64,000 nt of DNA from Eledone cirrhosa (Eukaryota): assembly GCA_964016885.1 (NCBI GenBank), contig OZ024744.1, positions 132,928,001-132,992,000 on the forward strand, given 5' to 3'. Of the stretch, positions 55,201 through 64,000 are shown piece after piece. Position 1 is the stretch's first letter; every line of letters starts with the position of its first letter. The notes under the pieces are model-generated. The model saw only the letters and a program-made list of their open reading frames with translations. It was not told the origin of the DNA and searched no databases. Both the position numbers and the translations under genes were made by a program.

Positions 55201-58200
55201 AACTCAACCACAACTTAACTTAACCCCGACTTAACTTAACCCCACCTTAACTTAACCTCAACTTAACTTAACTGCAACTTAACTTAACCCCAACTTAACT
55301 TAACCCCAACTTAACTAAACACCAACTTAACTCAACCCCAACTTAACTCAACGCCAATTTAACTCAACCCCAACTTAACTCAACCCCAACTTAACTTAAC
55401 CCCGACTTAAATTAACCCCGACTTAACTTAACCCCAACTTAACTTAACCCCAACTTAACTTAACCCCAACTTAACTTAACCCCAACTTAACTTAACCCCA
55501 ACTTAAATTAACCCCAACTTAACTTAAACTCAACTTAACTAACCAACTTAACTTAACCCCAACTTAACTTGACCCCAACTTAACTTAACCCCAACTTAAC
55601 TTAAACCCAACTTAACTTAACCCCAACTTAACTTAACCCCAACTTAACTTAACCCCAACTTAACCCCAAATTAAATTAACCTCAACTTAACTTAACCCCA
55701 ACTTAACTTAGCCCCAACTTAACTTAGCCCCAACTTAACTTAGCCCCAACTTAACTTAACCCCAACTTAACTTAACCGCACCTTAACTTAACCTCAACTT
55801 AACTTAACTGCAACTTAACTTAACCCCAACTTAACTTAACCCCAACTTAACTCAAAACCAACTTAACTCAACCCCAACTTAACTCAACCCCAATTTAACT
55901 CAACCCCAACTTAACTCAACCCCAACTTAACTTAACCCCAACTTAACTGAACCCTAACTTAACTTAACCCCGACTTAACTTAACCCCGACTTAACTTAAC
56001 CCCAACTTAACTTAACCCCAACTTAACTTAACCCCAACTTAATTTAACCCCATCTTAACCCCAACTTATCTTAACCCCAACTTAACTGAACCCCAACTTA
56101 ATTTAACCCCAACTTAAATAAACCCCAACTTAACTTAACCCCAACTTAACTTAACCCCAACTTAACTTAACCCCAACTTAACTCAGCCCCAACTTAACTT
56201 AGCCCCAACTTAACTTAACCCCAACTTAACTTAACCCCAACTTAACTTAACCCCAACTTAACTTAACCCCAACTTAACTTAACCCCAACTTAACTTAAAC
56301 CCAACTTAACTTAACCCCAACTTAAATTATCCCCAACTTAACTTATCCCCAACTTAACTTAACCCCAACTTAACTTAACCCCAACTTAACTTAACCCCAA
56401 CTTAATTTAACCCCAACTTAACTTAACCTCAACTTAACTTAACCCCAACTTAACTTAACCCCATCTTAACTTAACCCCAACTTAACTTAACCCCAACTTA
56501 ACTTAACCCCAACTTAAATTAACCCCAACTTAACTTAACCCCAACTTAATTTAACCCCGACTTAACTTAACCCCAACTTAACTTAACCCCAACTTAACTT
56601 AACCCCAACTTAACTTAACCACAAATTAACTTAACCCCAACTTAACTTAACCCCAACTTAACTTAACCCCAACTTAACTTAACCCCAACTTAACTTAAAC
56701 CTAACTTAACTTAACCCCAACTTAACCCCAACTTAACTTGACCCCAACTTAACTTAACCCCAACTTAAATTAACCCCAACTTAACTTAACCCCAACTTAA
56801 CTTAACCCCGACTTAACTTAACCCCAACTTAACTTAACCCCAACTTACCTTAACCCCAACTTAACTTAACCAGAAATTAACTTAACCCCAACTTAACCCC
56901 AACTTAACTTGACCCCAACTTAACTTAACCCCAACTTAACTCAACCCCAACTTAACTTAACCCCAACTTAACTCAGCCCCAACTTAACTCAGCCCCAACT
57001 TAACTTAGCCCCAACTTAACTTAACACCAACTTAACTTAACCCCAACTTAACTTAACCCCAACTTAACTTAACCCCAACTTAACTTATCCCCAACTTAAC
57101 TGAACTCCAACTTAACTCAACCCCAACTTAAATTAACCCCAACTTAACTTAACCCCAACTTAACTTAACCCCAACTTAATTAACCCCAACTTAAATTAAC
57201 CCCAACTTAACTTAACACCAACTTAACGTAACCCCAACTTAATTTAACCCCAACTTAAATTAACCCCAACTTAACTTGCCCCCAACTTAACTTACCCCCA
57301 ACTTAACTTAACCCCACCTTAATTTAACCCCAACTTAATTTAACCCCAACTTAACTTAAACCCAACTTAACTTAACCCCAACTTAACCCCAAATTAACTC
57401 AACCCCAACTTAACTCAACCCCAACTTAACTTAACCCCAACTTAACTTAACCCCAACTTAACTTAACCACAAATTAACTTAGCCCCAACTTAAATTAACC
57501 CCAACTTAACTCAACCACAACTTAACTTAACCCCGACTTAACTTAACCCCACCTTAACTTAACCTCAACTTAACTTAACTGCAACTTAACTTAACCCCAA
57601 CTTAACTTAACCCCAACTTAACTCAACACCAACTTAACTCAACCGCAACTTAACTCAACGCCAATTTAACTCAACCCCAACTTAACTCAACCCCAACTTA
57701 ACTTAACCCCAACTTAACTGAACCCTAACTTAACTTAACCCCGACTTAAATTAACCCCGACTTAACTTAACCCCAACTTAACTTAACCCCAACTTAACTT
57801 AACCCCAACTTAACTTAACCCCAACTTAACTTAACCCCAACTTAAATTAACCCCAACTTAACTTAAACTCAACTTAACTAACCAACTTAACTTAACCCCA
57901 ACTTAACTTGACCCCAACTTAACTTAACCCCAACTTAACTTAAACCCAACTTAACTTAACCCCAACTTAACTTAGCCCCAACTTAACTTAACCCCAACTT
58001 AACTTAACCCCAAATTAAATTAACCTCAACTTAACTTAACCCCAACTTAACTTAACCCCGACTTGACTTAACCCCAACTTAACTTAGCCCCAACTTAACT
58101 TAGCCCCAACTTAACTTAGCCCCAACTTAACTTAACCCCAACTTAACTTAACCGCACCTTAACTTAACCTCAACTTAACTTAACTGCAACTTAACTTAAC

Positions 58201-60569
58201 CCCAACTTAACTTAACCCCAACTTAACTCAAAACCAACTTAACTCAACCCCAACTTAACTTAACCCCAACTTAACTGAACCCTAACTTAACTTAACCCCG
58301 ACTTAACTTAACCCCGACTTAACTTAACCCCAACTTAACTTAACCCCAACTTAACTTAACCCCAACTTAACTTAACCCCAACTTAACTCAGCCCCAACTT
58401 AACTTAGCCCCAACTTAACTTAACCCCAACTTAACTTAACCCCAACTTAACTTAACCCCAACTTAACTTAACCCCAACTTAACTTAACCCCAACTTAACT
58501 TAAACCCAACTTAACTTAACCCCAACTTAAATTATCCCCAACTTAACTTATCCTCAACTTAACTTAACCCCAACTTAACTTAACCCCAACTTAACTTAAC
58601 CCCAACTTAATTTAACCCCAACTTAACTTAACCTCAACTTAACTTAACCCCAACTTAACTTAACCCCATCTTAACTTAACCCCAACTTAACTTAACCCCA
58701 ACTTAACTTAACCCCAACTTAAATTAACCCCAACTTAACTTAACCCCAACTTAACTTAACCCCGACTTAACTTAACCCCAACTTAACTTAACCCCAACTT
58801 AACTTAACCCCAACTTAACTTAACCACAAATTAACTTAACCCCAACTTAACTTAACCCCAACTTAACTTAACCCCAACTTAACTTAACCCCAACTTAACT
58901 TAACCCCAACTTAACTTAACCCTAACTTAACTTAACCCCAACTTAACCCCGACTTAACTTGACCCCAACTTAACTTAACCCCAACTTAACTCAACCCCAA
59001 CTTAACTTAACCCCAACTTAACTCAGCCCCAACTTAACTCAGCCCCAACTTAACTTAGCCACAACTTAACTTAACACCAACTTAACTTAACCCCAACTTA
59101 ACTTAACCCCAACTTAACTCAATCCCAACTTAAATTAACCCCATCTTAACTTAACCCCAACTTAACTTAACCCCAACTTAATTAACCCCAACTTAAATTA
59201 ACCCCAACTTAACTTAACACCAACTTAACGTAACCCCAACTTAAATAAACCCCAACTTAAATTAACCCCAACTTAACTTAACCCCAACTTAACTTAACCC
59301 CAACTTAACTCAGCCCCAACTTAACTTAGCCTCAACTTAACTTAACCCCAACTTAACTTAACCCCAACTTAACTTATCCCCAACTTAACTTAACCCCAAC
59401 TTAACTTAAACCCAACTTAACTTAACCCCAACTTAAATTATCCCCAACTTAACTTATCCCCAACTTAACTTAACCCCAACTTAACTTAACCCAACTTAAC
59501 TTAACCCCAACTTAATTTAACCCCAACTTAACTTAACCCCAACTTAACTTAACCACAAATTAACTTAACCCCAACTTAACTTAACCCCAACTTAACTTAA
59601 CCCCAACTTAACTTAACCCCAACTTAACTTAACCCCAACTTAACTTAAACCTAACTTAACTTAACCCCAACTTAACCCCAACTTAACTTGACCCCAACTT
59701 AACTTAACCCCAACTTAACTCAGCCCCAACTTAACTTAACCCCAACTTAACTCAGCCCCAACTTAACTCAGCCCCAACTTAACTTAGCCCCAACTTAACT
59801 TAACACCAACTTAACTTAACCCCAACTTAACTTAACCCCAACTTAACTTAACCCCAACTTAACTTATCCCCAACTTAACTGAACTCCAACTTAACTCAAC
59901 CCCAACTTAAATTAACCCCAACTTAACTTAACCCCAACTTAACTTAACCCCAACTTAATTAACCCCAACTTAAATTAACCCCAACTTAACTTAACACCAA
60001 CTTAACGTAACCCCAACTTAATTTAACCCCAACTTAAATTAACCCCAACTTAACTTGCCCCCAACTTAACTTACCCCCAACTTAACTTAACCCCACCTTA
60101 ATTTAACCCCAACTTAATTTAACCCCAACTTAACTTAAACCCAACTTAACTTAACCCCAACTTAACTTAACCCCAAATTAACTCAACCCCAACTTAACTC
60201 AACCCCAACTTAACTTAACCCCAACTTAACTTAACCACAAATTAACTTAGCCCCAACTTAAATTAACCCCAACTTAACTCAACCACAACTTAACTTATCC
60301 CCGACTTAACTTAACCCCACCTTAACTTAACCTCAACTTAACTTAACTGCAACTTAACTTAACCCCAACTTAACTCAACCGCAACTTAACTCAACGCCAA
60401 TTTAACTCAACCCCAACTTAACTCAACCCCAACTTAACTTAACCCCAACTTAACTGAACCCTAACTTAACTTAACCCCGACTTAAATTAACCCCGACTTA
60501 ACTTAACCCCAACTTAACTTAACCCCAACTTAACTTAACCCCAACTTAACTTAACCCCAACTTAACTTA

Positions 60570-62170
60570 ACCCCAACTTAAATTAACCCCAACTTAACTT
60601 AAACTCAACTTAACTAACCAACTTAACTTAACCCCAACTTAACTTGACCCCAACTTAACTTAACCCCAACTTAACTTAAACCCAACTTAACTTAACCCCA
60701 ACTTAACTTAGCCCCAACTTAACTTAACCCCAACTTAACTTAACCCCAAATTAAATTAACCTCAACTTAACTTAACCCCAACTTAACTTAACCCCGACTT
60801 AACTTAACCCCAACTTAACTTAGCCCCAACTTAACTTAGCCCCAACTTAACTTAGCCCCAACTTAACTTAACCCCAACTTAACTTAACCGCACCTTAACT
60901 TAACCTCAACTTAACTTAACTGCAACTTAACTTAACCCCAACTTAACTTAACCCCAACTTAACTCAAAACCAACTTAACTCAACCCCAACTTAACTCAAC
61001 CCCAATTTAACTCAACCCCAACTTAACTCAACCCCAACTTAACTTAACCCCAACTTAACTGAACCCTAACTTAACTTAACCCCGACTTAACTTAACCCCG
61101 ACCTAACTTAACCCCAACTTAACTTAACCCCAACTTAACTTAACCCCAACTTAACTTAACCCCAACTTAATTTAACCCCATCTTAACCCCAACTTATCTT
61201 AACCCCAACTTAACTGAACCCCAACTTAATTTAACCCCAACTTAAATAAACCCCAACTTAACTTAACCCCAACTTAACTTAACCCCAGCTTAACTTAACC
61301 CCAACTTAACTCAGCCCCAACTTAACTTAGCCCCAACTTAACTTAACCCCAACTTAACTTAACCCCAACTTAACTTAACCCCAACTTAAATTAACCCCAA
61401 CTTAACTTAAACTCAACTTAACTAACCAACTTAACTTAACCCCAACTTAACTTGACCCCAACTTAACTTAACCCCAACTTAACTTAAACCCAACTTAACT
61501 TAACCCCAACTTAACTTAGCCCCAACTTAACTTAACCCCAACTTAACTTAACCCCAAATTAAATTAACCTCAACTTAACTTAACCCCAACTTAACTTAAC
61601 CCCGACTTAACTTAACCCCAACTTAACTTAGCCCCAACTTAACTTAGCCCCAACTTAACTTAGCCCCAACTTAACTTAACCCCAACTTAACTTAACCGCA
61701 CCTTAACTTAACCTCAACTTAACTTAACTGCAACTTAACTTAACCCCAACTTAACTTAACCCCAACTTAACTCAAAACCAACTTAACTCAACCCCAACTT
61801 AACTCAACCCCAATTTAACTCAACCCCAACTTAACTCAACCCCAACTTAACTGAACCCTAACTTAACTTAACCCCGACTTAACTTAACCCCGACCTAACT
61901 TAACCCCAACTTAACTTAACCCCAACTTAACTTAACCCCAACTTAACTTAACCCCAACTTAATTTAACCCCATCTTAACCCCAACTTATCTTAACCCCAA
62001 CTTAACTGAACCCCAACTTAATTTAACCCCAACTTAAATAAACCCCAACTTAACTTAACCCCAACTTAACTTAACCCCAGCTTAACTTAACCCCAACTTA
62101 ACTCAGCCCCAACTTAACTTAGCCCCAACTTAACTTAACCCCAACTTAACTTAACCCCAACTTAACTTAA
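60570..62170 (+). repeat. ~0.8-kb tandem duplication
   Basis: aaactcaacttaactaacc at 60601/61409 (offset 808) and the rare gacctaac at 61101/61893 (offset 792, one monomer lost). Confidence 0.82.
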
Positions 62171-64000
62171 CCCCAACTTAACTTAACCCCAACTTAACTT
62201 AACCCCAACTTAACTTAAACCCAACTTAACTTAACCCCAACTTAAATTATCCCCAACTTAACTTATCCTCAACTTAACTTAACCCCAACTTAACTTAACC
62301 CCAACTTAAATTAACCCCAACTTAACTTAACCCCAACTTAACTTAACCCCGACTTAACTTAACCCCAACTTAACTTAACCCCAACTTAACTTAACCCCAA
62401 CTTAACTTAACCACAAATTAACTTAACCCCAACTTCACTTAACCCCAACTTAACTTAACCCCAACTTAACTTAACCCCAACTTAACTTAACCCCAACTTA
62501 ACTTAACCCTAACTTAACTTAACCCCAACTTAACCCCGACTTAACTTGACCCCAACTTAACTTAACCCCAACTTAACTCAACCCCAACTTAACTTAACCC
62601 CAACTTAACTCAGCCCCAACTTAACTCAGCCCCAACTTAACTTAGCCACAACTTAACTTAACACCAACTTAACTTAACCCCAACTTAACTTAACCCCAAC
62701 TTAACTCAATCCCAACTTAAATTAACCCCATCTTAACTTAACCCCAACTTAACTTAACCCCAACTTAATTAACCCCAACTTAAATTAACCCCAACTTAAC
62801 TTAACACCAACTTAACGTAACCCCAACTTAAATAAACCCCAACTTAAATTAACCCCAACTTAACTTAACCCCAACTTAACTTAACCCCAACTTAACTTAT
62901 CCCCAACTTAACTTAACCCCAACTTAACTTAAACCCAACTTAACTTAACCCCAACTTAAATTATCCCCAACTTAACTTATCCCCAACTTAACTTAACCAC
63001 AAATTAACTTAACCCCAACTTAACTTAACCCCAACTTAACTTAACCCCAACTTAACTTAACCCCAACTTAACTTAACCCCAAATTAACTTAAACCTAACT
63101 TAACTTAACCCCAACTTAACCCCAACTTAACTTGACCCCAACTTAACTTAACCCCAACTTAACTCAACCCCAACTTAACTTAACCCCAACTTAACTCAGC
63201 CCCAACTTAACTCAGCCCCAACTTAACTTAGCCCCAACTTAACTTAACCCCAACTTAACCTATCCCCAACTTAACTGAACCCCAACTTAACTTAACCCCA
63301 ACTTAATATAACCCCAACTTAACTTAACCCCAACTTAACTCAACCCCAACTTAAATTAACCCCAACTTAACTTAACCCCAACTTAACTTAACCCCAACTT
63401 AATTAACCCCAACTTAAATTAACCCCAACTTAACTTAACACCAACTTAACGTAACCCCAACTTAATTTAACCCCAACTTAAATTAACCCCAACTTAACTT
63501 GCCCCCAACTTAACTTACCCCCAACTTAACTTAACCCCAACTTAATTTAACCCCAACTTAATTTAAGCCCAAATTAACTTAAACCCAACTTAAATTAACC
63601 CCAACTTAACTTAACCCCAAATTAACTCAACCCCAACTTAACTCAACCCCAACTTAACTTAACCCCAAATTAACTTAACCACAAATTAACTTAGCCCCAA
63701 CTTAAATTAACCCCAACTTAACTCAACCACAACTTAACTTAACCCCGACTTAACTTAACCCCACCTTAACTTAACCTCAACTTAACTTAACTGCAACTTA
63801 ACTTAACCCCAACTTAACTTAACCCCAACTTAACTCAACACCAACTTAACTCAACCCCAACTTAACTCAACCCCAATTTAACTCAACCCCAACTTAACTC
63901 AACCCCAACTTAACTTAACCCCAACTTAACTGAACCCTAACTTAACTTAACCCCGACTTAACTTAACCCCGACTTAACTTAACCCCAACTTAACTTAACC

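Larger units (their letters stand above)
1..64000 (+). repeat. Tandem satellite / telomere-like array, 16-bp monomer AACTTAACTTAACCCC (~4,000 copies), running off both window edges
   Basis: The monomer is directly readable on every line. Consensus composition is A6 C6 T4 G0 on the + strand. Many monomers carry 1-2 substitutions, and length variants of 11, 13, 15 and 17 bp occur. No non-repeat sequence was seen. Confidence 0.99.

Noticed and set aside
1-64000. Protein-coding ORF encoding a repetitive peptide
   Set aside because: Each monomer has two TTAA, so TAA occurs on both strands. The 16-bp period cycles these stops through all three frames, closing every frame within about 48 bp.
1-64000. 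CRISPR array or other repeat-spacer system
   Set aside because: There are no unique spacers and no cas or leader sequence. Differences between units are 1-2 nt variants that themselves recur.
1-64000. Pure sequencing noise or low-complexity artefact
   Set aside because: Variants recur in exact order at constant kb-scale offsets with copy-specific SNPs, which random error would not produce. Copy number of the most similar blocks still needs read validation.
1-64000. Variant pattern as a functional information code
   Set aside because: Duplication history fully accounts for the ordered variants, and nothing in the sequence indicates a reader or selection.

Overview
The whole 64-kb window is one uninterrupted tandem-repeat (satellite or telomere-like) array of about 4,000 copies of a 16-bp monomer, AACTTAACTTAACCCC, i.e. 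(AACTT)2(AACCCC). The minus strand reads TTAAGTTAAGTTGGGG. I found no unique sequence, gene, RNA gene, transposon or CRISPR array. The structure lies in the monomer variants. (i) Point and length variants recur in a fixed order, revealing nested higher-order duplications with offsets of about 0.8, 2.47, 4.5, 6.78, 7.0, 7.7, 10.35, 13.7 and 23.6 kb. (ii) Three copies of the same 173-bp inverted segment (12726-12898, 20435-20607, 52031-52203) each end in a perfect 54-bp palindrome and follow an unusually diverged ~400-bp tract. The strong strand asymmetry and the TTGGGG/TTAAG composition resemble compound telomeric repeats, but the organism and chromosomal position cannot be determined from this window. 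All offsets were read by eye from diagnostic variants, and block boundaries are approximate.
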